From a virus (lineage: Duplodnaviria > Heunggongvirae > Uroviricota > Caudoviricetes), in the IMG/VR virus record IMGVR_UViG_3300044445_000054: DNA of 64,000 bases; one strand, given 5' to 3'. The number at the start of each line of letters is the position of its first letter. Position 1 is the first letter of the stretch. A program made the translations under genes and the position numbers. Below are positions 45,274-54,974 of the stretch, one piece after another. The notes beneath the pieces were generated by a model. The model was not told the DNA's origin. It did not search any database and saw only the letters and a program-made list of their open reading frames with translations.

Positions 45274-47031
45274 ATGTTCGACGAACTATATCAAGCAGTG
45301 AAGATGCGCTTCGGCGACGTGAACGCGTCGCAGTCGATGGGCAACTGGATCACGTCGAACACCACCATCAAGAAGCGCCCTTTCTCGTACGAGGGCTACG
45401 GCTTCCAGAAAGCCATCGCCGACGACATGCACCGCAACGTGTCGGTGAAGAAGTGCTCGCAGATCGGCCTCACCGAGGTCCAAATCCGCAAGTTCTTGGC
45501 GATCCTCACCCGATCGACAGCGATCGCGGGCATCTTCTCGATGCCCAACGAGAAGATGTTCACCAAGACCTATAACGGTCGCATCAAGCCGATCCTCGAA
45601 GCGGATGCCGTCTTCAACCCGCCGTCGGCCATGAAGCCGACGCGGTCGAAGGATCAAATCCAAATCCGGGACAGCTTCGGCTATATCACCGCCTGTACCG
45701 AGGGCGACGCCACCTCGCTGTCCGCCGACTTCCTGTTCCACGACGAGCTGGACCTCAGCCCGCAGGAGATCATCGCACTGTACCAGAGCCGCCTCCAAGG
45801 CTCGGACATGCAGATCACCCAGTCCTTCTCGACCCCGACCTTCTCCGGCTACGGCATCGACAAGAACTATCAGCTGACCGACCAGCGCGAGTACAAGGCG
45901 AAGTGCGGTGGCTGCGGCCGGTGGCACATCCCGCTGTTCAAGCCCGAGTTCATCTACCTCAAGAAGTTCCCGTTCGACGTCGAGCACTTCACGGAGCTGA
46001 CGGCGCAGCAGATCGCGCTGCTCGATCTGGAGGACTGCCACGTCAAGTGCCCCGACTGCTCGACGCGGTTCGATCTGGGCAACGACGACCTGCGCGAGTG
46101 GGTGGCGCTGCGCCCGTCGGTGCTCAACTTCCGCGGCTATCAGGTCCGCCCCTTCTCGACGCCGCGCATCAAGCCGTCCTACATCTTCGGGCAGCTGGCG
46201 CAGTATCAGGAGAAGTCGTTCACCCGAGGCTTCTACAACACCGTGCTCGGCGAGGAATACACCGCCGCCGACGCGCGCCTGCAAGAGGCCGACATCAAGG
46301 CCTGCATGGCGAAGGGCACCGCCGCGGTGCCGGACATTTCGGCGGACACGCCGTGCTACATGGGCATCGACGTCGGCCTGACCTGCTACATCACCGTCAG
46401 CTATGACGATGACGACGGCAACCCGCACTTCGTCTATTGGGACACGGTGCCCGCCTCGTCGCTCCAGCGCCGGGTCGAGGAGTTGTGCCGGGTCTACAAC
46501 ATCGTGCAGGGCGCGATCGACCGCTTCCCGTACACGACCGAGGCGGATGCGCTGCGCGACACGACGCAGGGCCTCATCATCCCGGTCCAGTACCGCGGTC
46601 TTCAGATGCTGTCGCCGGTGATGGAAGCCGACACCAAGGTCTTGAACCATTATTCCGCAAACAACACGCTGGCGCTCGATCGCGTGCAGGCGCTGGTCAG
46701 CCACCGGGTCATGACGATCTCCGGCTATCAGGGCCAGCGCGAGACGGTCATCAAGCACCTGATGGACATGGTCCGCGACGACAAGCCGTCGGACAGCGAC
46801 AACGTGCTGGGCGAGTGGAAGAAGACCAGTGGCAACGACCACTTCATGCACTCGGCCGCCTTCAACCTGCTCGCGCGCCGGATCGGCGACCACATGTTCG
46901 CGACCCAGATTTCAACGGTGGCCACTACTTCCTCTTTTCTCGGGGCGAGCTTTGCGAGTACGCAAGGAATGCTCAACTTCAACGGGACCGGCAAAATGAC
47001 CGGCCTCAACCGCATTTCGAGGCTCGGATAA
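45274..47031 (+). CDS. terL: terminase large subunit
   Basis: 585 aa. Deviant Walker A VKKCSQIGLTE (T4 gp17-type SRQLGKT variant). Walker B LFHDELD. C-terminal nuclease-like Asp-rich blocks (GIDVGLTCY). Confidence 0.7.
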   Translation: MFDELYQAVKMRFGDVNASQSMGNWITSNTTIKKRPFSYEGYGFQKAIADDMHRNVSVKKCSQIGLTEVQIRKFLAILTRSTAIAGIFSMPNEKMFTKTYNGRIKPILEADAVFNPPSAMKPTRSKDQIQIRDSFGYITACTEGDATSLSADFLFHDELDLSPQEIIALYQSRLQGSDMQITQSFSTPTFSGYGIDKNYQLTDQREYKAKCGGCGRWHIPLFKPEFIYLKKFPFDVEHFTELTAQQIALLDLEDCHVKCPDCSTRFDLGNDDLREWVALRPSVLNFRGYQVRPFSTPRIKPSYIFGQLAQYQEKSFTRGFYNTVLGEEYTAADARLQEADIKACMAKGTAAVPDISADTPCYMGIDVGLTCYITVSYDDDDGNPHFVYWDTVPASSLQRRVEELCRVYNIVQGAIDRFPYTTEADALRDTTQGLIIPVQYRGLQMLSPVMEADTKVLNHYSANNTLALDRVQALVSHRVMTISGYQGQRETVIKHLMDMVRDDKPSDSDNVLGEWKKTSGNDHFMHSAAFNLLARRIGDHMFATQISTVATTSSFLGASFASTQGMLNFNGTGKMTGLNRISRLG

Positions 47032-48558
47032 ATGGCTGACAGCATTCTCAGCGGCCTCGGAGCCGTTCTCCTGCCCAAGGGCAAGGGCGTGAAGGGCGGC
47101 AAGGGCGCGCCACCGGGCTTTGTCCGGTCGCAGCCCACCATGACCGCGCCGACGTACCGCGACCATCTGACGGACGTCTATACTACCCGCGTCGCCAACG
47201 ACAGCCGCGAGCTGATCGCCACGCTGGCGAACATGGACCCCGACGTCTCGGCCGCGATCAACGCGTTCCTCGGCGTCGCCGGATCGGTGGACCCGGTCGT
47301 CACCGCCTATGACGAGAACGACGAGATCGACGCCGAAGGCATCGCGATGGGGCAGCAGCTGCTCGCGCTCCTGACGACGACCAACGATTACACGCTGGGG
47401 TACAGCGACAAGCCGACGGTCGACGCCCTGTGCAGCGACCATCGCTACATGATGCTGCTGCGCGGCGGCACCGCGTGCGAGCTGATCCTCGACAAGACCT
47501 ACGTGCCCTATGAGCTGCGCACCGTCGATCCGGCGACGCTGACGTGGAACCAGACCGCGCCCGGCGTCTACAAGCCGGTCCAGAAGCCTGCCGGGTCGAA
47601 CGAGGAAATCGACCTCAACATCCCGACGTTCTTCACGTCCAACTTCCATCAGTCGCCGCTCGGCAAATACACCTTCTCGCCGTTCGTCTCGGCGATCAAC
47701 ACGATCGCGTCGCGCACGCTCGTCATCAACGAGCTGTACCGGATCATGAAGATCGTCGGCTACCCGCGCGTGGACGTGGCCGTGCTCGAAGACGTGCTGA
47801 TGAAGTCGGCTCCGCCCGCCTTCCGCAATCAGCCGGAGAAAATCCGCGGCTACGTGCAGGCCGAGCTGGCCGCGATCCGCGGCGCGATCGCCAACCTCGG
47901 GTCGGGTGATGCCTTCGTCCACTCGAACGCGATCGACGCGAAGATCATCAACGACAAGAACCCGTCGGCGGGCATCCAAATCCAGGGTGTTATCGACGTG
48001 CTCAACGCCCAGAACCAAGCGGCGCTGAAGGTCATGCCCGCCGTGGTCGGCAAGGCCAACAACGGGCAGGTCGCATCGACCGAGGCGCGGCTGTTCGCGC
48101 TGTCGGCGGACGCCCTGAACCGCGCGGTCGCGGGCATCTTCACCAAGGCGTTCACGCTCGCTGCCCGGCTGGCGGGTTACACCGGCCGGATCGAGGTGTT
48201 CTTCCCGCCGGTCGAGCTGCGCCCGACGATGGAGCTGGAGCCGCAGTGGACCATGAAGGCCAGCCGCCTTCGGCAGGACTTGAGCGACGGCGTCATCAGC
48301 GACATGGAATACACCATGCAGATGTATGGTCGCCCGCCGCTGAAGGGCGCGCCCGAGCTGTCCGGCACGAAGTTCGCCGATCCGGTCTCGCCGATCGACG
48401 CGGGCGCGGCGTCGCCGAACAGCGACTCGCTCGGCCGCTCGCTGTCGGGTGAGGGCGGCAACGGCGTCGGCCGGAACAATGCGGTCAAGAGCGGTGGTGC
48501 CAAGACCAAGCTGGTGTTCGAGACCGGCGACGGCGGCACGATCGAACTCGCCCTTTAG
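47032..48558 (+). CDS. portal protein (by size and position)
   Basis: 508 aa, immediately after terL (TAAATG). Confidence 0.55.
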   Translation: MADSILSGLGAVLLPKGKGVKGGKGAPPGFVRSQPTMTAPTYRDHLTDVYTTRVANDSRELIATLANMDPDVSAAINAFLGVAGSVDPVVTAYDENDEIDAEGIAMGQQLLALLTTTNDYTLGYSDKPTVDALCSDHRYMMLLRGGTACELILDKTYVPYELRTVDPATLTWNQTAPGVYKPVQKPAGSNEEIDLNIPTFFTSNFHQSPLGKYTFSPFVSAINTIASRTLVINELYRIMKIVGYPRVDVAVLEDVLMKSAPPAFRNQPEKIRGYVQAELAAIRGAIANLGSGDAFVHSNAIDAKIINDKNPSAGIQIQGVIDVLNAQNQAALKVMPAVVGKANNGQVASTEARLFALSADALNRAVAGIFTKAFTLAARLAGYTGRIEVFFPPVELRPTMELEPQWTMKASRLRQDLSDGVISDMEYTMQMYGRPPLKGAPELSGTKFADPVSPIDAGAASPNSDSLGRSLSGEGGNGVGRNNAVKSGGAKTKLVFETGDGGTIELAL

Positions 48559-48565
48559 TATTCTA

Positions 48566-48617
48566 TAACTCTCATTTCTACAGAGTAAAAATGAGAGTCA
48601 TAAAAATATATAAGAGG
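48566..48617 (+). promoter_or_regulatory. conserved AT-rich promoter/operator element, copy 3 (inverted near-identical copy of 2115..2166)
   Basis: taactctcatttctacagagtaaaaatgagagtcataaaaatatataagagg. Followed by AAGAGGAAG and, about 55 nt later, the ATG of the scaffold gene. Confidence 0.5.
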
Positions 48618-48674
48618 AAGTGGTTGAGCCAGAACCTGTTGATCTGACCGACCGCAGCGGCATAGGGCGAGAAT

Positions 48675-49850
48675 ATGAAGCAGCTGGAAATGACCCCCGC
48701 CCTCGTGGCGATGATTAAGGCGGCTGTCGGCGAGGACGTCGATCCGTCCGGCTTCGCCGTGTTCGAGACGATCATGCTCAACACCCGGCCGCTGCCGGGC
48801 AAGCGCGGCGCGCTGTTCGAGCAGGCGGTGGTCCAGCCGATCACCCTCAAGGAAATGGTCGATAGCATCAACGGCGGCAATCACCTGCCGCTGGTCGCCG
48901 ACCACGAAATGCTCGGTGCGCCCAAGGGCCGCCTGTTCCACGCCGCGCTCGATTTCGAGGACGCCTCGCTGACCATGCGTGGCCTGTTCTACCTCGACGA
49001 GACCGAGACCACCCTCATTGCGAAGCTGAACTCCGGCACGCTGGACGAGGTGTCGGTCGCGTTCCTGTCGCGCGAGTTCAACTGCTCGGAGTGCGGTTGG
49101 GATTACTTCGCCCCCGGCATCGACCGCGACCACATCTATGCGCGCATGTGCGCGAACGGGCACCAGATCGGCGTCGGCGGCGTCCACGGCGAGATGGTCG
49201 GGCTGGCACAATTCGTAGAAACTTCACTGGTTGCGCGTGGTGCAGCTGACAAGCCCAAAATTGTTGGTAAGTCGCAATCGAAGTTAGCGCCCGAGGGACT
49301 CAAGCTCCTCGCCGCAAGTGGTTTTGAATTGGACGAGCTGGTGGTGCAAGCCTCCCTCGGAGCAAAGGACGAGACGAACATGAGCGATATTGCAGCCCTC
49401 ACCGCCCAGCTGACGACCTTGTCCGTGGACAAGGGCGCGCTGACGGCGCAGCTGTCCACCGCCCAAGGCGAGCGCGACACCGCCCGCGGCGATGTGACGC
49501 GCCTGACCGGCGAGCTGACGACCGCGAACGCCGCCGTCGCCACGCTGACCGCCGAGCGCGATGAGCTGGCCAAGCGCCCCGAGGCGGTCGTGGCCGACGA
49601 GCGCAATGCCGCCTTCGCCTATCTCGAAGCGCAGTTCGATCATCTGACCGTCGCGTCCGGCAAGACCAAGGTCGAGGGCGACGCCCGCCCGAAGACGGTC
49701 GCCGCGCTGACGACCGCCATCGACGAGATGACGGGCAAGCTGACCTCGATCATCCCAATCGGCGGCAAGTCCGGCGGCGCGGGCGGCGAGGACCAGAAGA
49801 AGGTCGAACTTTCCTACAGCCCGAAGCTCGCCTTCGGCGTCCGCCGCTAA
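48675..49850 (+). CDS. capsid scaffolding / prohead-protease-like protein
   Basis: 391 aa between the portal and capsid genes. C-terminal coiled-coil repeats (LTAQLTTLSVDKGALTAQLSTAQGERD...). Confidence 0.5.
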   Translation: MKQLEMTPALVAMIKAAVGEDVDPSGFAVFETIMLNTRPLPGKRGALFEQAVVQPITLKEMVDSINGGNHLPLVADHEMLGAPKGRLFHAALDFEDASLTMRGLFYLDETETTLIAKLNSGTLDEVSVAFLSREFNCSECGWDYFAPGIDRDHIYARMCANGHQIGVGGVHGEMVGLAQFVETSLVARGAADKPKIVGKSQSKLAPEGLKLLAASGFELDELVVQASLGAKDETNMSDIAALTAQLTTLSVDKGALTAQLSTAQGERDTARGDVTRLTGELTTANAAVATLTAERDELAKRPEAVVADERNAAFAYLEAQFDHLTVASGKTKVEGDARPKTVAALTTAIDEMTGKLTSIIPIGGKSGGAGGEDQKKVELSYSPKLAFGVRR

Positions 49851-49862
49851 GGAGCGAATATC

Positions 49863-50285
49863 ATGGCATACAACATTCTCGGCGTCGTGAACGATGGCTT
49901 CCCGATGGGCCTGTTCACCTTCACGTACCACCTGACCGGCCTGTCGGCGACGATCAGCGATGTCGATCTGGCCGCCACGGCGGGCAAGGCCGTCGCGCTG
50001 GACAACACCGCGGCGGGCAGCGTCAAGATGGCCGGTGACGGCGATGTGATCTTCGGTCGCATCTACGTCGCCGAAAATCGCGCGCTGCTGAACGGCGGCA
50101 AGGTCGCCTCGGTGGCCCGCAAGTTCAAGGAGAAGCTGCCCGCCGCAACCGGTCACGGTATTGCGGTTGGCGACCGGATCGTCGGAGCCGGTAACGGCCT
50201 CGTCAAGAAGGACGCGGCAGCCGCAGCCTCCAATCCCATCGTCATCGAGTCCGGCACCGACTACGTCGTCGCCGAGAAGCTGTAA
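49863..50285 (+). CDS. small head protein (140 aa; decoration-like)
   Basis: AAGGAG SD. Between the scaffold and capsid genes. Confidence 0.45.
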   Translation: MAYNILGVVNDGFPMGLFTFTYHLTGLSATISDVDLAATAGKAVALDNTAAGSVKMAGDGDVIFGRIYVAENRALLNGGKVASVARKFKEKLPAATGHGIAVGDRIVGAGNGLVKKDAAAAASNPIVIESGTDYVVAEKL

Positions 50286-50297
50286 GGAACCGCAGAC

Positions 50298-51524
50298 ATG
50301 CCCAACGCACCCGACCTTCTCGCCATCCGCGCTGGCCGTCAGCCTGCGGAAGTTCTTCTGGCTTCGATCAAGCCGGAGGATCGCAACGGCGCATCTTCGC
50401 TGCGGGCGGGTGAGAACCTGATCCGTCTGGCGAAGGAAGCGCACCTGTCGATCGACGACTATCTCCGCCTCGCGGTCGACCCCAACAAGGGTGCGTTCGC
50501 CGGGGAGAAGATGGACGGCTACGAGTGCGCGCTCGCCTTCCTCGACCTGCCGATCCGTGACGACTTCTCCTCGGGTGTCCTGTTGCAGGCCGCCGCCGAG
50601 ACGTTCAACACGTTTCCCGGCTCGCGCGCCCTGTTCCCGCCGGTCATCGACAACATCCTGCAGTGGAAGTACCGCCAGGATCAGATCGAGAACGTCGGCG
50701 CGCTCGTGTCGCAGTCGCGGACGATCAACGGCAACGAAGTCATCACGAACGTGATCGACGACAAGGCCAGCGACTATCAGCAGACGGGCGTCATCGCCGA
50801 AGGTGCCGAAATCCCGGTCCGCTCGCTCCGCGTCGGCGAGAAGAACGTCAAGTTCTACAAGTTCGGCGGCGGCATCGAGTTCACCTACGAGTTCGAGCGC
50901 CGGGTCAGTCTGGACCTCATCACGCCGTATGCCGCGCGCATGCAGCGCGAGGTCGAGATCGGCCAGACCGCGATCGCCACGGCGCTGCTGCTGAACGGCG
51001 ACGGCTCCCCGGCACACGGCGCGGCTCCGGTCATCAATGCGACCGACCTCGCCGCGGGCTTCCCCGAGGACGGTCGTCCGGTCCCCAAGACCGGCCGCCT
51101 GAACTGGGAGGTCGTGCTGAAGTGGCTCGTGACGCAGGCCCAGAAGGGCGTGCCGATCGACACCGTGGTCGGCAACTGGGACATGTATCTGGAATGGATC
51201 CGGATGTTCTCCATCCCGACGGCCAACGCAGGCCCGACGCAGATGGAAATCCTGGCCCAAGCCGGTGTGCAGGTCGCTCGCGAGAACCCTCGCCTGCCCC
51301 TGAACATGAACTTCGCGCTCAGCTCGACGGCCCCTGCGGGCAAGCTCATCGGCTACATCAAGGCCGAGACGATCGAAGAGCTGATCGAGAACGGCTCGGA
51401 CATCGAAGAGTCCACCCGCGCGATCACCAACCAGCGCGTGCGCTACGTCAAGACGACCAACCGCGGCTACCGCATGGTCTTCGGCGACACCCGCAGCGTG
51501 TTGAACCTCAATCAGGCCCCGTAA
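50298..51524 (+). CDS. major capsid protein (by position, size, and a strong terminator downstream)
   Basis: 408 aa. AAGGAA SD. Followed by an intrinsic terminator. Confidence 0.55.
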   Translation: MPNAPDLLAIRAGRQPAEVLLASIKPEDRNGASSLRAGENLIRLAKEAHLSIDDYLRLAVDPNKGAFAGEKMDGYECALAFLDLPIRDDFSSGVLLQAAAETFNTFPGSRALFPPVIDNILQWKYRQDQIENVGALVSQSRTINGNEVITNVIDDKASDYQQTGVIAEGAEIPVRSLRVGEKNVKFYKFGGGIEFTYEFERRVSLDLITPYAARMQREVEIGQTAIATALLLNGDGSPAHGAAPVINATDLAAGFPEDGRPVPKTGRLNWEVVLKWLVTQAQKGVPIDTVVGNWDMYLEWIRMFSIPTANAGPTQMEILAQAGVQVARENPRLPLNMNFALSSTAPAGKLIGYIKAETIEELIENGSDIEESTRAITNQRVRYVKTTNRGYRMVFGDTRSVLNLNQAP

Positions 51525-51544
51525 GCCTGACGACAGGTTGAGAT

Positions 51545-51580
51545 TGGGGCGGTCCTTCGGGGCCGCCCTTTTCTTTTGCA
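51545..51580 (+). terminator. rho-independent terminator after the capsid gene
   Basis: GGGGCGGTCCTTCGGGGCCGCCC stem-loop followed by TTTTCTTTT. Confidence 0.7.
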
Positions 51581-51648
51581 CCGACGGGAACCGCGCTTCC
51601 ATTACCGCCCACTAGCGGTTACTACCCTGCCACCTTTAGGAGGACATC

Positions 51649-51972
51649 ATGTCGAACAAGCCTACCTCTTCGCGCTCCGCCGCCCCCGGCGTCGACCCTG
51701 CCCCGCACGCCGCCGACACCGCGCAGCCTGATCCGTCGCCCGCGCTGGTGAACGACGCATCGCCGAACCTGACCAAGGCCGACGACCCGAAGGCGCTGCC
51801 GGGCAACGGCGCGACCGCCGAGGTCGAGATGGTCAAGGTCCGCACCAAGGAGGACTCGATCCTCATGGACCCGTACTCGGCGCGTCACATCGACCGCGAA
51901 GGCGGCGAGGTTCCGGTGACCACGTTCATTAACGACGAGCTGGCCGAAGGCGGCCGGTTGGAGAAGTTCTAA
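51649..51972 (+). CDS. hypothetical virion protein (107 aa)
   Basis: AGGAGG SD. Confidence 0.45.
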   Translation: MSNKPTSSRSAAPGVDPAPHAADTAQPDPSPALVNDASPNLTKADDPKALPGNGATAEVEMVKVRTKEDSILMDPYSARHIDREGGEVPVTTFINDELAEGGRLEKF

Positions 51973-52679
51973 TGATCGTCCGCAGCGGTCTCGCTTTCTC
52001 GATCCCGGTTTTCTTCACGTCGGGCCTGCCCGACGCGGGGATCAACTGGCGGCTGCTTGGCACCGCCGGTGACGAGATCGCGAGCGGGACCGTTGCGGTG
52101 CCTGCGGACTCCGTCTCCATCGACCTGTCGATCGCTGCCGAGCACAACACGCTCGGCAGCGGTTCGCTGTTCGCCAGCCGCGACTTCGAGTGGAGCTACA
52201 CCGTTGGCGGTGCCGTGGTGAACGGCGAGCAGCGGTACAGCGTCGAGGCGCGTGCGCCGTACGGCGCGTCGAACACGGGCGTGCGAGCCAAGCTCGGCGT
52301 CGAACCCAAGGATTTGCCGGACGGCGACATCTCGCTGATCCGTGCCTTCGTCTCCTTCCGTGACACCGTCACCGCCGATCGGCTGGTCGGGATCACGGAC
52401 GAGGCCGTGCTGCTGTCGATCCGTGATGCGATCGAGGCGCGGGCGGGGCTGAGCCTGATCGCCACGATGGCCGTGCGCGTCGCCGTGTCCGAGGACAGCG
52501 GCACCAACGCGTTCAAGCGGCAGGCGGTGGACTGGGAAGCCGTCGCCGAGAACCTCGCGTCGATCGTCGATGCCGGGATCAGTGCGGTCGATCCGACCTA
52601 CGACCAGACGCCCACGGGCGCGCTGTTCATTCTGGCGACGCCAGCGACCGATCCCTTCACCGGCGGCTCGTACTCCTAA
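51972..52679 (+). CDS. hypothetical virion protein (235 aa)
   Basis: TAATG coupling. Confidence 0.45.
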   Translation: MIVRSGLAFSIPVFFTSGLPDAGINWRLLGTAGDEIASGTVAVPADSVSIDLSIAAEHNTLGSGSLFASRDFEWSYTVGGAVVNGEQRYSVEARAPYGASNTGVRAKLGVEPKDLPDGDISLIRAFVSFRDTVTADRLVGITDEAVLLSIRDAIEARAGLSLIATMAVRVAVSEDSGTNAFKRQAVDWEAVAENLASIVDAGISAVDPTYDQTPTGALFILATPATDPFTGGSYS

Positions 52680-53116
52680 GTCCCGGTCCGCAGCAACTCG
52701 ACCGCCAGCACGCGGTAGTTCCGCTGCTCGGACTGCGACATCGGCATCATCTTGAACGCCGACACGACCAGCTCGCTGCCGACGCTGCCATCGGACAGCA
52801 CGAGCAGATCGACCTTCTTCCCCTCGCCGAACCGATCGTGCATCTGCGCGATCAGGTCGACCTCGGTCAGCAGGTTCACGTCGCGGAAGCTGGACACGGC
52901 CAGCGAGTACCGGATGACCCACCGCCCCTCATTCTCGTCGAACGAGAAGCCATCCACGCCGATCAGCGTGGCCATCGGCAGCTCGGTCTCTGGGGTCCGC
53001 TCTTCCCAGTTGTGGTACTGGACCGGAGTGGGGTAGAGCGGGCTGGCGTTCACCGCTTCGATCAGCTCGGTCGTCGCCCGGACGATCGACTTATAGATTG
53101 CAGGAATTGGTGACAT
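52676..53116 (-). CDS. hypothetical protein (147 aa) on the opposite strand inside the structural arm (moron-like)
   Basis: MSPIPAIYKSIVRATTELIEAVNASPLYPTPVQYHNWEER... GGAG SD. Its start codon overlaps the start codon of 53115.. (CATG). Confidence 0.45.
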   Translation of the reverse strand: MSPIPAIYKSIVRATTELIEAVNASPLYPTPVQYHNWEERTPETELPMATLIGVDGFSFDENEGRWVIRYSLAVSSFRDVNLLTEVDLIAQMHDRFGEGKKVDLLVLSDGSVGSELVVSAFKMMPMSQSEQRNYRVLAVELLRTGT

Positions 53117-53990
53117 GGCAAGAACTCCGCGGCCGATCCAGTATGTCTTCAAGATCGGCAAGGGCAAGGTCAAGGCGCGGCGCGAGTCGGAGAACCCAAC
53201 TCGTACGGTCCTTGAACAGGTGACGCTCCAGTACCTCAACGACAGCTGGGACGCCACCCGCAAACGCTTGGCCGAGACGATCGCCAGCGACGTGCGATCC
53301 GAGCTGGTGTTCGTCGCTGGGCAATTCCGGCGCAACGTCATTGGCGCGCCGGGAAACCAGCGCGGCCTCGTCGGCACCCTGACGACCAAGGCGCGCGGCG
53401 GCACCGAGCCGAAGGAGAGCCTCGGCCGCCTGCCGCGGTGGGCACCACGCGGCGCGCGGTATCTGGAGGACAAGAAGTCCTTCACCGGTCACCAGAACTG
53501 GTTCGACAACACCGGCTGGGAGGGGCAGGGTGGCACGCTCGCGAACTTCTTCGCCAGCGACCGTGTCGCGACGGAGGGTGGTGCCGAGATCAACGTCGGC
53601 AGCGGCGGCATTCTCGAAGACATGTTCGGCGGGATCAACGTCCAGATCATCCGCAACAACCAGATGACCGGGCGCAACTCCGGCGCGATCAAGGTGGGAC
53701 CGGACGGCAAGACCAATGACATTCAGGTTGCGACCATCCGCGTCCGCGCGCTCGGCGCGGTCACCGAGCGCATGATGCAGATTTCCGACCAGCCGAACAC
53801 CGCGCTGCTCGACGTGATCGGTCGCGAGGACAAGGAAGTCGCGCTGCATCTGCGCGGCGGTCGCGGCCGGTATCGGCCGACGCTGGAGCCGTACTTGCGG
53901 TTCTTCCTCGAACGCTCGATCCCGCAGGCCGTGCAGCAGCGGCTGGCGAAGGGCGTCGCCAGCGGCCGACTGTTCAGGCGTGCATCATAG
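53115..53990 (+). CDS. hypothetical virion protein (291 aa)
   Basis: AGGAA SD. Gly-rich middle region. Confidence 0.5.
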   Translation: MARTPRPIQYVFKIGKGKVKARRESENPTRTVLEQVTLQYLNDSWDATRKRLAETIASDVRSELVFVAGQFRRNVIGAPGNQRGLVGTLTTKARGGTEPKESLGRLPRWAPRGARYLEDKKSFTGHQNWFDNTGWEGQGGTLANFFASDRVATEGGAEINVGSGGILEDMFGGINVQIIRNNQMTGRNSGAIKVGPDGKTNDIQVATIRVRALGAVTERMMQISDQPNTALLDVIGREDKEVALHLRGGRGRYRPTLEPYLRFFLERSIPQAVQQRLAKGVASGRLFRRAS

Positions 53991-54671
53991 CCCGGTTGAT
54001 CTGGGATACCGCGTCTTCGACGTTCTTGTGACCCGCCGCCAAGTCGCGCGCGGGGGCCTTGTGCCCGCCCGTCTCGCCGCCGCCGAGCGCCGCATTGACG
54101 ATCATCACGAACGAGTTGTGGTGGGACATGAGGGTAGCGTTCTGCTCGCCGAGCCGCAGCTGTATCTTCTGGGAAATCTCACGCCGCGCGTAGGTCCAGT
54201 AGATGTCGTTGAGGTCTCCCTCAACGACACCGAAGGCCCAGCACACCGCGTCCTCGAAGCTCAGGCTTCGGAACCATCCTTGGTAGGCGTCGGCAGGGCC
54301 TGCTGATACCGGACCCCCAGATTTGCCATTCCCAGGGTCCGTTTCACGAAAAAATACAGGGCGTGTTCCGTCGCCCACATCAGGACCATCTCGGTTTCGT
54401 CCGAGTCGATCCCGACTTCTTCGATCGCGATCAGGTCAGCCGGATCGTTGATGATCTTGTTGCTCTCCGTCAGGACGCGGCGGACGATGTAGTCCTGCGT
54501 GTACGGATCGGTCTGGATCAGGGTGAGCGCGGTGGCCGGGTCCGGCAGTAGCCGACGGATGTCCATCTCAAGACCGTAGGTCATCTTGTAGGACTTGCCG
54601 CCGACCTCGATCGACAGCTCTGGACGCGTCGGCAGCGTCATCGGTGCGGTGGGTGCGGGATCAGAGGACAT
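53974..54671 (-). CDS. predicted -1 frameshift fusion (GT-like) of 54261..54671 with the overlapping ORF 53974..54378
   Basis: The two ORFs overlap by 118 nt. A -1 shift on UUUUUUC (Y106-F107-F108) continues ...FFRETDPGNGKSGG... to 53974, giving ~232 aa. Confidence 0.35.
54261..54671 (-). CDS. tail-assembly-chaperone-like protein (G-like frame)
   Basis: PELSIEVGGKSYKMTYGLEMDIRRL resembles the LxLGGxxYxLxFTL motif of GTA/phage tail assembly chaperones. Contains the slippery heptamer T TTT TTC at 54348..54354. Confidence 0.45.
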   Translation of the reverse strand: MSSDPAPTAPMTLPTRPELSIEVGGKSYKMTYGLEMDIRRLLPDPATALTLIQTDPYTQDYIVRRVLTESNKIINDPADLIAIEEVGIDSDETEMVLMWATEHALYFFVKRTLGMANLGVRYQQALPTPTKDGSEA

Positions 54672-54879
54672 CGGTCACTTCCCGCTTGATGAGCCGCGCG
54701 ACCGCGGCGTCGAGACTAACATGCTCACCCATGCCAAGTCGAAGAAGTTGATTAACCTTGCCGTTGACGTGCATGCCGTCAGCGTGGGCCATATCTCCGA
54801 GCTTTGCATAGATGGACTCAGGAACGCGCACGGTAAAACTCCGGTGCGGTTCTTTGGGTGTGGAAGGCGCTTTCGACAT
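54661..54879 (-). CDS. ribbon-helix-helix (CopG/Arc-type) DNA-binding protein
   Basis: MSKAPSTPKEPHRSFTVRVPESIYAKLGDMA. GGAGA SD. Confidence 0.5.
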   Translation of the reverse strand: MSKAPSTPKEPHRSFTVRVPESIYAKLGDMAHADGMHVNGKVNQLLRLGMGEHVSLDAAVARLIKREVTDVL

Positions 54880-54974
54880 AAATCTCCGGTGGTGACGGGC
54901 GGTTGGCATTTTCTCTATTGAGCCAAAGCAGAAACAAGGCAAGAGGCAATCTGAGTTTGAAAAGGAGCGCCTCG

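Noticed and set aside
2115-48617. Copies 1 and 3 of the AT-rich element as terminal inverted repeats of a 46-kb mobile element
   Set aside because: The interval would split the portal gene from the scaffold gene and terL from its operon. Related copies exist at three other sites. Each copy is co-oriented with its downstream operon, which fits promoters/operators better.
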